From Nibricoccus sp. (GTDB lineage: Bacteria > Verrucomicrobiota > Verrucomicrobiia > Opitutales > Opitutaceae), in contig JASGHG010000001.1 in assembly GCA_047602425.1 (NCBI GenBank), positions 4,032,001 through 4,096,000 of the forward strand: 64,000 nucleotides of DNA. The letters are read 5' to 3'. Shown here piece after piece: positions 39,357 through 48,086 of the stretch (positions within the stretch are counted from its first letter, which is position 1; the number at the start of each line of letters is the position of its first letter). Both the position numbers and the translations under genes were made by a program. The notes beneath the pieces are model-generated. The model ran no database searches. It was not told the origin of the DNA and saw only the letters and a program-made list of their open reading frames with translations.

Positions 39357-40693
39357 AACGACAGTACTTCGGGACGGACGGTGTGCGCGGCCCTTACGGC
39401 GGCCCCGTGATCAATGAATCTTTCGCCGAACGACTCGGCGTCGCGGCGGCGCGTTTTGTTTCGCGCCAGACCCATTCGGGCGAACAAAAGGTTTTGCTCG
39501 GTCGCGACACGCGCGCGTCCGGCCAAAGTTTGCTGCATGCCGTTTCTTCGGGGCTTTCGTCGATGGGCGTTGAATCGGCGGTGCTGGGCGTCGTCCCGAC
39601 TCCCGCGGTGGCGGCAGCCTTGGTGCGCGAACGCGCGGCCTTGGGCGTGATGATCACCGCTTCGCACAATCCGGTCGCGGACAACGGCATCAAGTTTTTT
39701 GCCCGCGGTGGCGTGAAGCTTTCCGATCAACAGGAGCTGGAAATCGAAAAACTGCTTCCGATCGAACAGCCTTCGATCATTTACGGACGTTCCCGGCATC
39801 TCGACGGCCTGCGGTCGTACATGGAGAACGTGAGACACTTGCTACCGGCAAACGCGCTCGCCGGTTGGAAAATGGTGCTCGACACCGCCAATGGCGCCAC
39901 GTGCATGACGAGCCCGCTGGTTTTGCGTGGCCTCGGCGCAGAAGTCCTCTCGATCGGCGATCAACCCGATGGCCAAAATATCAACGCCGGCGTTGGCAGC
40001 GAACACCCGGAGAAACTTGCGGCCAAGGTGGTCGAGACCGGCGCGCGTCTCGGCATTGCGCACGACGGCGACGGCGACCGTTGCATTTTGTGCGACGAAA
40101 AAGGTGTTATTCTCGACGGAGACGAAATTCTCACGATCCTCGCGCTGCACGCGCTCAAGCAGGGCAGCCTGCCTGCCAAAACGCTTGTTGTGACCGTGCA
40201 GAGCAACCTTGGTGTCGACGCCGCGTTGCGTGAAGCGGGCGGACGGGTTTTGCGCACCAACGTTGGCGATCGCTACGTGGTGGAGCGCATGATGCTCGAA
40301 AAAGCCACGCTCGGCGGCGAATCGTCTGGCCACATCATCTGCTCGGAAATTTCGCCGACTGGTGACGGGCTTGTCGCCGCGTTGAAAGTGCTCGGGGTGA
40401 TGATCGAGACGCAGCAGCCGCTCTCGCAATTGCGCAAATGCCTGCGGAAATACCCACAAGCTACCGCCAATTTGAAAGTCCGCGAAAAGAAGGACGTTGC
40501 GACGCTGCCGCATCTGCCGCTGGCCATCCAGGCGCTCGAAGCCGAAATGGGCGGTTACGGCCGCGTGCTTGTACGTTTCTCCGGCACAGAGGCAAAAATC
40601 CGGTTGTTGGTCGAAGGACCGACGACGGAAATCGTGCAAAAAGGCCTTGCTCGCCTGGAGTCGGTTGTAAGGACGGATCTTGAGGTGATTTGA
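39353..40693 (+). CDS. glmM: Phosphoglucosamine mutase
   Basis: YFGTDGVRG, TASHNP, DGDGDR, GGESSGH and RFSGTE motifs; ATGA overlap with trpD. Confidence 0.95.
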   Translation: MKRQYFGTDGVRGPYGGPVINESFAERLGVAAARFVSRQTHSGEQKVLLGRDTRASGQSLLHAVSSGLSSMGVESAVLGVVPTPAVAAALVRERAALGVMITASHNPVADNGIKFFARGGVKLSDQQELEIEKLLPIEQPSIIYGRSRHLDGLRSYMENVRHLLPANALAGWKMVLDTANGATCMTSPLVLRGLGAEVLSIGDQPDGQNINAGVGSEHPEKLAAKVVETGARLGIAHDGDGDRCILCDEKGVILDGDEILTILALHALKQGSLPAKTLVVTVQSNLGVDAALREAGGRVLRTNVGDRYVVERMMLEKATLGGESSGHIICSEISPTGDGLVAALKVLGVMIETQQPLSQLRKCLRKYPQATANLKVREKKDVATLPHLPLAIQALEAEMGGYGRVLVRFSGTEAKIRLLVEGPTTEIVQKGLARLESVVRTDLEVI

Positions 40694-40723
40694 CCCGCGG
40701 CCGGCTTTGGAAAAGTCATCGTC

Positions 40724-41485
40724 GTGAAATGGCTCCTCAGGTTTGTCCTTTTCGGCCTGGTTGGGTTTTGTTGTCGCGCCGACGAATCGCCATCGTCGGC
40801 CGACCTCAAGCTGCGAGTGGTGAATATCGAGCAGGGAACGCGGAAGATCGCTCTGAACTTTATTATATTTTCCGAAGCGCACTTCGGCCTGCGGGTGATC
40901 GACAACGCTGCGGAAGATAACACAGCGAGGTTTTCAAACCTGGCCGAGGCCATGGAAGCCCATGCCTGTGTCGCGGGATGCAACGGAGGTTTTTTCGAAA
41001 GACGACCGTTCTCGCCCGTGGGCGGAATGATCAGCGCCGGGGTTCGAGTGACCGCGGTTGACCCAAAAAGTTGGATGAAGGGCCTGCTCGTGGTGCGAGG
41101 CGGCCACCCGGCGCTGGAATTCAGCGAGACATTTCGGGACGCGCCGGATGTCACGGAACTTTTGCAGTCTGGCACGTGGTTAGTGCGTGGCGGCAAGTCC
41201 GAAACGGACTCCAGCCGAAACCAAGTCGCGCGAAGAACTTTTGTCTGCCATGACGGAAAGGGAGTCTGGGCGATCGGCGCGAGCGGTCCCTGCACGCTCC
41301 ACGATTTGGCGACGGTGCTCAAGCACGCCGAAGTTGCCACAATTTTGGATATCCAAGAGGCGCTCAACTTTGACGGCGGACCTTCGACCGGACTCTGGTT
41401 GAAACGGACGCCCGACAACTTCTATTTACCGGAGAAATGGGCGGTGCGGAACTATATCGGGGTTTCACAGCATTCATCTCCTTGA
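40724..41485 (+). CDS. Phosphodiester glycosidase (NAGPA) family protein
   Basis: Signal peptide; NGGFF, ARRT and ALNFDGGPST motifs. Confidence 0.85.
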   Translation: MKWLLRFVLFGLVGFCCRADESPSSADLKLRVVNIEQGTRKIALNFIIFSEAHFGLRVIDNAAEDNTARFSNLAEAMEAHACVAGCNGGFFERRPFSPVGGMISAGVRVTAVDPKSWMKGLLVVRGGHPALEFSETFRDAPDVTELLQSGTWLVRGGKSETDSSRNQVARRTFVCHDGKGVWAIGASGPCTLHDLATVLKHAEVATILDIQEALNFDGGPSTGLWLKRTPDNFYLPEKWAVRNYIGVSQHSSP

Positions 41486-41553
41486 ATCCGACAACGTGGA
41501 AGGCCGCGAACGGAGGAAGTTTAGTCTCGCGGTAAACGATCGCACGGGAAACC

Positions 41554-41606
41554 AGTTCTATCAGATAGTTTGTAATCTATTAAGTTACAAACTATCTGGT
41601 AGAACT
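41554..41606. repeat. 53-bp near-perfect inverted repeat between convergent genes
   Basis: AGTTCTATCAGATAGTTTGTAA-TCTATTAAG-TTACAAACTATCTGGTAGAACT: 22-bp arms with 1 mismatch. Confidence 0.9.
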
Positions 41607-41671
41607 AAAGACGCGATTCCCGGAACGTAAGGAGGCTGTTTGTAACGCCAGGCTTTCGCTCGAGGAGAGAC

Positions 41672-42511
41672 TTACTTTTTTCCGGCGAGAAGGGCGGCGA
41701 CGATCATGAGTCCGCCGCCGAGGAGCAGGCGCGTCAGATCCGTGGACTCGCCGAAGAAGAGAAGCGAGCAGGCGACGGCGAGGGGGATTTTTGCGTTGTT
41801 GAAAACGGCCAGCAATCCCGTGCTCACACGTGTGCTGCCGTAATTCCAGCCGAAGAAACACAGGCCCGATGCAACCACGCCGAGGTAGAGGAGCGTCCAG
41901 AGCTGGCCGGAGGTGAGGGTGGGCAGGGCAAAATTGCCTTGGTACAATGCCAACGGTAGGGTGAGCGCGAAGCCGCCAGCGTAGAGCAGCGCGAAAATAT
42001 TGCGGTCGATCAAGGCGGGATTGGCGAGTCGTATCCGCCGATAGAATACTTGTCCGACAGCGAACGTGATGTTCGATGACTGGACGAGTAGAATGCCCTT
42101 CAAATCGGCGGAGGGAGCTGCGTTTTTGAAAATCACCACGGCCGCGCCCGCCACGGCGATCAGCGCGGCGAGCAATGCGCGCCAGCGAAAAGTTTTTTCC
42201 AGGGCATCGGCGGCGACGGTGACGAAGATCGGCGTGGTGAGCGTGAAGAGAGCGACCTCGTGTGCTGGCAGAAATTTGAAACTCGCGTTGTAGGCGAGAT
42301 ACATCAGCCCGAACTGCACGGCACCGACAAGAAGAAGCGAAACCGTTTGCGAAGTTTTTACTCCACGCAAACGCAGAAACGGCAGGAAGACCAACATCGC
42401 CAGCCCAAGACGCACCGCCGAAATAAAACTCGCATCCAACCCAGCCAGCCGCCCTTTGATCAATCCAAAGGAAAACGCCCAGACAAACGAAACAATCAGC
42501 AGGAGAATCAT
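41672..42511 (-). CDS. EamA/DMT family transporter (YigM/BioP-like)
   Basis: WAFSFGLIK, QFGLMY and FFGWNYG motifs; about 10 TM helices. Confidence 0.88.
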   Translation of the reverse strand: MILLLIVSFVWAFSFGLIKGRLAGLDASFISAVRLGLAMLVFLPFLRLRGVKTSQTVSLLLVGAVQFGLMYLAYNASFKFLPAHEVALFTLTTPIFVTVAADALEKTFRWRALLAALIAVAGAAVVIFKNAAPSADLKGILLVQSSNITFAVGQVFYRRIRLANPALIDRNIFALLYAGGFALTLPLALYQGNFALPTLTSGQLWTLLYLGVVASGLCFFGWNYGSTRVSTGLLAVFNNAKIPLAVACSLLFFGESTDLTRLLLGGGLMIVAALLAGKK

Positions 42512-42533
42512 TGGGATTTCGGGATAAAACCGC

Positions 42534-42796
42534 TTGTCATCTATTGGACGACAAACGGCTTGGAGCGTCATGGGATTGTGGATGCTAAGGAGTGATTCGG
42601 CATACGAGACCTTGTCATTCAATAGATGACAAACGGTTTTGGAACGTTTTGGTTTTGTCCGTAACGAGGAGTGGTTCGGCTTGCGGAGGCCTTGTCACTT
42701 AATCGATGACAAACGTTTGAGGTTTTGCGGGCGGTTCATGGGGGCGGATGGCGAAGTGGTTTGGCGAAAGACCGGTTGTCATTTAATGGATGACAA
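42534..42796. repeat. Array of four TTGTCA-N9-TGACAA palindromes, period 78-84 bp
   Basis: Copies start at 42534, 42612, 42692 and 42776; linkers share GGAGTGRTTCGGC-like sequence. Confidence 0.9.
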
Positions 42797-42845
42797 GCGA
42801 TTTTGTAGGGCGGGAGATTTGGCGATGACAGGTGGTAGTGGTCGG

Positions 42846-44540
42846 TTAGACGCGGAAGATCGCGCCGAGTTTTTTGCCGAGGAGAATGCTCAGACCCACA
42901 ATCGCAACTCCGAGGAAGGCCATGGCCCAGACGCCGAGCGCGCTGGCGATGAACTTGCCATCGCCGAGCAGTTCGAAGAGCGCCATGATCGCTTTCGTGA
43001 TTGGATAGTAGACTTGTTTTTGCGCGAGGATGAGCGAATCGCTGACTTCGAGCATCGCGAAACAAAACGCGAGCAGGCCGCCAGCGATGAGATTGGCGGT
43101 GATGAGCGGTAGCGTGGCGCGGAAAGTGGCCTTGAGCGGCGGGGCGCCGAGGTTTTGCGCGGCTTCTTCGAGCGTGACACTGGTTTGTTCGAAGCCGGCC
43201 GCGGCCGAGCGCACGACGTAGGGCAGACGGCGGACCGAGTAGGCGATGATAAGCAGGATCGTGGGGTTGTTGATCGGATTGAGGAAATGGAAAAAGCGGC
43301 CGGGCTGGCTCATCGCGAGATAACCAAACGCCAGAACTATGCCAGGCACAGCGAGAGGCAGCATCGAGAGAAAATCGAGGGCGTGGCGGGCGACGAATTT
43401 GGTGCGCACGATGACCCATGCAATCGCGATACCGAGCACGATGTCGATCAGCGTCGAGATGCTGGCGAACTTCAGGCTGTTCGCGATGGCGGGCACGGTG
43501 AGATCGTGGCCGAGCGCGATGCGGAAATTTTCCAACGTATATTGGTGCGGCACGATGCTGTTGTACCAATCGCTCGAAAACGCCACGAGCACCACGCCGA
43601 TATGCGGCATGACCGCGGCGAGTGTGACGCCACTGAAGAGCGCGGTGCAAAACCACTGGCGACGCTTTGAGACGACGCGTGGTCCGCCGGTGCTCGTGGC
43701 CTTGGCCATCATCGCGTGGCCTTGGTGTCCGAAGAGTCCTTTGCCGAGCGCGTAAAGCCCAACCGTGCTCGCGAGCATCACGGTGACGAGGGCGTAAGGC
43801 AGGGGATTGCTGCCAATGTCTTTCAGGCCGTAATAAATTTGGACCGACGTGACGCGTGGGTAATCGAAAATGAGCGGCACGCCGAGTTCGGTGAAGGCCC
43901 AGACAAACACGATGGTGCCGCCGGCAAAAAGTCCCGGGCGGATGAGCGGCAGCGTGATTTTGCAGAAACGGCGGAAACCGGTGCAGCCGAGATTTTGCGC
44001 GGCTTCTTCCATCGCGGGATCGATGTTGGCCAGCGCGGCGACGGAATTGATGTAAACAATCGGATAGAGCGAAAGCGCCTGGATGATCGCTACGCCCCAA
44101 AACTGATTCGCCGCAAACCAGTCAAAGGTCCAACCCTCGGGCCGCAGGCCGAGCGAAACGATGAAGGCGTTGACCGCGCCGTACTGGCCGAAAATTTGTT
44201 TGATGCCGATGGCGCCGACGAAGGGCGGCAAAATCATCGGCACGAGTACGAGCGAGCTCAGAATGTTTTTCCCGGGAAAAATAAAACGATCCGAAATAAA
44301 CGCCAGAGGCAACGCGATGGCGAAGGCCAGCGTGGTCGTGGCGCAGGCGAGCAGGAAGGAGTTGATCAGTCCCCCGCGGTAGAGCGGATCGGCGAGCACC
44401 GTGACGAGGAAGCGTGTAGTGACATCGCCATTGGCGTCGATGAAGCCGGCCTTGAGGATCTGGAAAATTGGCCACAAAAAAAACGTGGCGAAAAACGCCA
44501 CCGTTACGACCAGGACGATGCGGGCAAAATTCTGCGACAT
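42846..44540 (-). CDS. ABC transporter permease with two fused TM domains (FbpB/AfuB-like)
   Basis: Two EEAAQNLG (EAA) loops; 564 aa. Confidence 0.92.
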   Translation of the reverse strand: MSQNFARIVLVVTVAFFATFFLWPIFQILKAGFIDANGDVTTRFLVTVLADPLYRGGLINSFLLACATTTLAFAIALPLAFISDRFIFPGKNILSSLVLVPMILPPFVGAIGIKQIFGQYGAVNAFIVSLGLRPEGWTFDWFAANQFWGVAIIQALSLYPIVYINSVAALANIDPAMEEAAQNLGCTGFRRFCKITLPLIRPGLFAGGTIVFVWAFTELGVPLIFDYPRVTSVQIYYGLKDIGSNPLPYALVTVMLASTVGLYALGKGLFGHQGHAMMAKATSTGGPRVVSKRRQWFCTALFSGVTLAAVMPHIGVVLVAFSSDWYNSIVPHQYTLENFRIALGHDLTVPAIANSLKFASISTLIDIVLGIAIAWVIVRTKFVARHALDFLSMLPLAVPGIVLAFGYLAMSQPGRFFHFLNPINNPTILLIIAYSVRRLPYVVRSAAAGFEQTSVTLEEAAQNLGAPPLKATFRATLPLITANLIAGGLLAFCFAMLEVSDSLILAQKQVYYPITKAIMALFELLGDGKFIASALGVWAMAFLGVAIVGLSILLGKKLGAIFRV

Positions 44541-44664
44541 CGGCGGGCAAGTAAGACGGATTCAGCGTCGCGGGAAAGCGGGAAATGGGCTGCCGGTGCG
44601 TCTGCGCAAACATTCATGTGATCCAGGTGAGTGGGCGCCCAAGTCGCACGATGATCGCATCTGT

Positions 44665-44800
44665 CCGCGCAAGTGCACGCTGTCAGTTCGCGAACTTCCG
44701 GGCGTTCCGCGTGAAGTTCCGCCTCGTCCGCGTGACCTCCCGGGGCTTCCGCGCAGCCTCCCGCCTCGTTCGCGTGACCTGCCGGGCTCGTATCGCGAAC
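44665..44800. repeat. Degenerate 21-nt tandem repeat with 42-nt higher-order period
   Basis: Units such as CCGCGTGAAGTTCCGCCTCGT / CCGCGTGACCTCCCGGGGCTT / CCGCGCAGCCTCCCGCCTCGT / TCGCGTGACCTGCCGGGCTCG. Confidence 0.85.
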
Positions 44801-44886
44801 GTTTCAGCCTGTTTTTTGACGTTTTAGGCCTATTTCGGGCCAATCCGGCCCAGTTTTTACAGGACTAGATGCAATCGTCTCTCAGA

Positions 44887-44979
44887 GGTGGAGCGAGGCG
44901 TCCTCGACTCGCTGGTTTGGCTACGACGCGAAAGAGTTTGCGACGTCGCAGAACGCGTCGAGGGACGCCGCGTTCCACC
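44887..44979. repeat. Inverted pair of GTGG-type REP-like elements
   Basis: GGTGGAGCGAGGCGTCCTCGACTCGCT ... AACGCGTCGAGGGACGCCGCGTTCCACC. Confidence 0.7.
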
Positions 44980-45070
44980 CGCAGCAAAGGTAATCTTGTC
45001 GCACCCGCAGTCCGGGCGAGATCAGCAGTTGCGCGGCTGTGGCCAACGCCCACACGCGGGCGGAGATAAC

Positions 45071-45096
45071 GGACGGGCCGGCGGTCCGTCCCTACC
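45071..45096 (-). repeat. GTAG-type REP-like element
   Basis: Minus strand GGTAG-GGACGGACCGCCGGCCCGTCC: GTAG foot followed by a hairpin. Confidence 0.65.
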
Positions 45097-45109
45097 TTAC
45101 AAACCAAAA

Positions 45110-45538
45110 TCACACATTCAGCGCGCCGTGTTCGTCGAAGGTGAACATGGGGGCGCAGGCGACTTCCCAATAATAGCCGTCGGGGTCGGTGAAGTAGCCG
45201 CTGTGGTCGCCCCAGAAGACGTCTTGTGCAGGCTTCACGATTTTGCCGCCGGCTTTTTCGGCGAGCGCGAGAACTTGGGCGACTTCTTCTTTCGTGCGGG
45301 CATTGTGGGCTATCGTGATGCCGCCGAAGCCGCCTTTGGACGGGTGAAGGTCGGGCGAGATGTCTTCGGCGAGTTTTTCGAGCGGGTAAAGCGAGAGCCG
45401 CGTGCCGGAGGTTTGGAAAAACGCGATGGGGTCTCCCTCTTTTGCTTCGGTCGGGAAACCGAGTCCGTCACGGTAAAAGCGCAAGGAACGATCGAGGTCC
45501 TTCACGCCGAGAGCGATGATGCTGATGCGGGGTTCCAT
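45110..45538 (-). CDS. VOC/glyoxalase family protein
   Basis: RISIIALGVKDL..SLRFY and GYFTDPDGYYWEV motifs. Confidence 0.92.
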   Translation of the reverse strand: MEPRISIIALGVKDLDRSLRFYRDGLGFPTEAKEGDPIAFFQTSGTRLSLYPLEKLAEDISPDLHPSKGGFGGITIAHNARTKEEVAQVLALAEKAGGKIVKPAQDVFWGDHSGYFTDPDGYYWEVACAPMFTFDEHGALNV

Positions 45539-45587
45539 GGGGGAAAGGTCAAAGGCTTCTGGCTACCAACGAACGCTAGCGAGACAG

Positions 45588-45950
45588 TTATAATGAGAGC
45601 GTCTGATTTGCTTGTTCTGCATCAGATGTGAATTGCTCAAGTTCGTTAAGCGCCACCAAGAATCCAGTGGGGGAAGCAGCGTGACTATCTGGAGAAGGAT
45701 TTTTTCTGTAAGCTGAGACGTATTTGTGAACCGCCTGAAAGAAGAGCTTCTTTTTATTTTCCGGCAACTCACGCAGATCAAGGTGTTGGCCCCACTGAGC
45801 AGCGTGGCTTTCTGCGGAGAGTTCCGTGCCCAATTCTTCGCCACCCGGTATGCTCTTCAACTCTGCACAAATGCCGTCGCGCGCAGTCCGATATACCCAT
45901 CCAGCCTTTCCCCAGAATACTTTTTCTGAGAATTTGATTCCTCCACTCAT
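45588..45950 (-). CDS. Hypothetical protein (120 aa), AT-richer than its neighbours
   Basis: ATG ORF between argA and the VOC gene in the same orientation. Confidence 0.55.
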   Translation of the reverse strand: MSGGIKFSEKVFWGKAGWVYRTARDGICAELKSIPGGEELGTELSAESHAAQWGQHLDLRELPENKKKLFFQAVHKYVSAYRKNPSPDSHAASPTGFLVALNELEQFTSDAEQANQTLSL

Positions 45951-45980
45951 GAGTACTCGGTGATCGAGTTTAGAAAGCCC

Positions 45981-47309
45981 TCACAATTTCTTCACCAGGA
46001 CCTTGGCGTTGCGGCCGCTTTCTTCGTACAACTTTAACCGTGCTTCGGGGAGGGTTTCTTTGTCGGTTTCCTCGAAGTTGAGGACGGAGGTGAAGAAGCC
46101 GTAGCTTTGCGTGGAGAGGGCGATGACTTTTTTGGCGCCGCGTTCCTTTGCCATCAGGCAAGCGTAGTCGACCATCTTCCGGCCGATGTTCCGGTTTTGA
46201 TAAAACGGCAAAACGTAGAGCGAGCCGACTTCGGCCAGCGTGGGTTTGTCGGGATAAAAATAGAGCGAGACGCAGGCGATGATGTTCTCGTCGATTTCGA
46301 AGACGAAGAACTGGTCGATGTTTTTCTCGATGGCCTGTTGCGTGCGATGGAGCAGCTCTTCGCGGCGGACGGCGCCGCGTGTGAGATTGTAGATCTGGCG
46401 GACGTCCCGGCGCGTGGCGGTGCGGATTTGTTGGTAATCGTTTCCGTAGACGAGCGTGCCGACGCCTTCGTTGGAAAAGATTTCGTTGATCAGGCCGTCG
46501 AAGATGCGGCCATCGACTACGTGGACGCGCGGCGTGCCGGTCTCGATGGCCTTGATGGCGTGAAGCGCCTTGCTTTGCACGGGAGCGCTGACGCGTTCGG
46601 GGTGGTCCTTGAGGATGTCGCGCAGGGCTTCGACGGTGATGTCGCGTTTGACTTCGCCATCGATCACGAGACCGGGTTGCGGCGTGAGAAAAACAATCTT
46701 GGTGGCGTGGAGCGCCTCGGCGAGTTCGGCGGCGAGCAGATCGGAGTTGATGCGGAGCGAGCGTCCGTCGGGACCGAACCCGATGGGAGAGACAATCGGG
46801 ACGATGCTCTTGTCGATCAGGCTGAGGACGAAATCGGTGTCGACGCGTTCGACCTTGCCGGTGAACTGCTGATCAACGCCGCGCAGGATGCCGCAGGGGA
46901 GCGAGCGAATGGCGTTGGTGACGGCGCATTTTAGGTTGTTTTGCGTGAGGCCTTCGATCAGCGCATGCGAGACACGGGAGGAAGCGCGGATGGCGAGATC
47001 GAGCGTGGCGGCATCGGTCACGCCGGTGCCAAAGGCGTCGGTGATGGGAATGTTCCGCATTGCCGATAGTTCCTGGATCTGGTGGCTGATGCCGTGGACG
47101 AGCACGACCTTGATCGAGAGACTGCGGAGGACGGCGATATCGACGAGGAGGTTGCCAAAATTTTCGTCGGCCACAATGGCGCCATCGATGGCGATGACGA
47201 AGATTTGGTCCTTGAAGCGCGGAACGTATTTGAGGATGCCGCGGAGATCGGTGGGCTTGATCGTCGTGGCGGTGGCCGTCGTAGGCGGGTTGTTGGCGCT
47301 GTTGCTCAT
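45981..47309 (-). CDS. argA: Amino-acid N-acetyltransferase (N-acetylglutamate synthase)
   Basis: N-terminal amino-acid-kinase-like domain (VLVHG, EIFSNEGVGT) plus C-terminal GNAT domain (SGRNAKV). Confidence 0.9.
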   Translation of the reverse strand: MSNSANNPPTTATATTIKPTDLRGILKYVPRFKDQIFVIAIDGAIVADENFGNLLVDIAVLRSLSIKVVLVHGISHQIQELSAMRNIPITDAFGTGVTDAATLDLAIRASSRVSHALIEGLTQNNLKCAVTNAIRSLPCGILRGVDQQFTGKVERVDTDFVLSLIDKSIVPIVSPIGFGPDGRSLRINSDLLAAELAEALHATKIVFLTPQPGLVIDGEVKRDITVEALRDILKDHPERVSAPVQSKALHAIKAIETGTPRVHVVDGRIFDGLINEIFSNEGVGTLVYGNDYQQIRTATRRDVRQIYNLTRGAVRREELLHRTQQAIEKNIDQFFVFEIDENIIACVSLYFYPDKPTLAEVGSLYVLPFYQNRNIGRKMVDYACLMAKERGAKKVIALSTQSYGFFTSVLNFEETDKETLPEARLKLYEESGRNAKVLVKKL

Positions 47310-47561
47310 CGCAGTGCCATGTTTCTCGACGATGCGAGGGGCGGCGTCAATGCGGGGGTTTGGGCGGTCGGCCGATTCGAGGGGTCACGTTGCGCTGTGC
47401 AGGCCCGAAGTTTTTTTCCGAAGAAATGAACCGGCCGACAGAAAAAGCCAACGGGGCTTTCCCGAAGGTAAAGTTGCGGGCAATGGACTTCGCGATTGGT
47501 TAAGGCGGCAACAGTCTTGGAGGCCGGCGCGCGAATGAGAAAGTGGGTATATGACCCGCAG

Positions 47562-48065
47562 CTACGGTAGGGCTTCGAGATCGGTGAGGGGGACTTTGAC
47601 GAGAAGGCCTTGTTGAAGGACGTCGACGCAGATGATGATGCCGTTGGGATTGGCGGGATCGTCGATGACGCCTTCGACGCCACGCAGCGGGTCGCCGATG
47701 ACCTTGGCGCGGGCACCACGCTTGATCATCGGGTAAAGACTGAGAGTGAAGCCCGACGACACGAGCGTGCGGACCTCGCCGAGTTGGTGGAGGAGGAGCG
47801 CCTCGTCGTCGACCGGGATGGCGCGGGCGAGCAAGTCTTGCTGATAAATGCGGGCCTTTAGTTCGGTCGGCACCTGGACAAAAACATAACCAGGGAAAAG
47901 CGGCTTGGTGAAACGCTTCGTTTCCTTCGCGTAGCGGCGAACGCTCTCGATGAGCGGCAGGTAATGCTCGAATTTCTCCGCGGCCATGAGGGCGGCGAAT
48001 TTCTTTTCGCAACGGGGTTTGGTATGACAGACGAGCCAGCTGGCGTCTGGCGAAGACGTATTCAC
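47562..48065 (-). CDS. NusG paralogue (RfaH/UpxY-like antiterminator)
   Basis: WLVCHTKPRCEKK and PLFPGYVFV (NGN domain); KOW-like VIGDPLRGVEG. Confidence 0.88.
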   Translation of the reverse strand: MNTSSPDASWLVCHTKPRCEKKFAALMAAEKFEHYLPLIESVRRYAKETKRFTKPLFPGYVFVQVPTELKARIYQQDLLARAIPVDDEALLLHQLGEVRTLVSSGFTLSLYPMIKRGARAKVIGDPLRGVEGVIDDPANPNGIIICVDVLQQGLLVKVPLTDLEALP

Positions 48066-48086
48066 GGAGTGGAGACGTGGAAACTT

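Noticed and set aside
42534..42796. CRISPR array
   Set aside because: The repeats are degenerate and differ in core orientation, the ~58-bp linkers are partly homologous to each other, and there are no cas genes in the window
43105..43116. ops-like GCGGTAGCGTG site for the NusG paralogue
   Set aside because: It lies antisense inside the permease coding sequence, not in an operon leader
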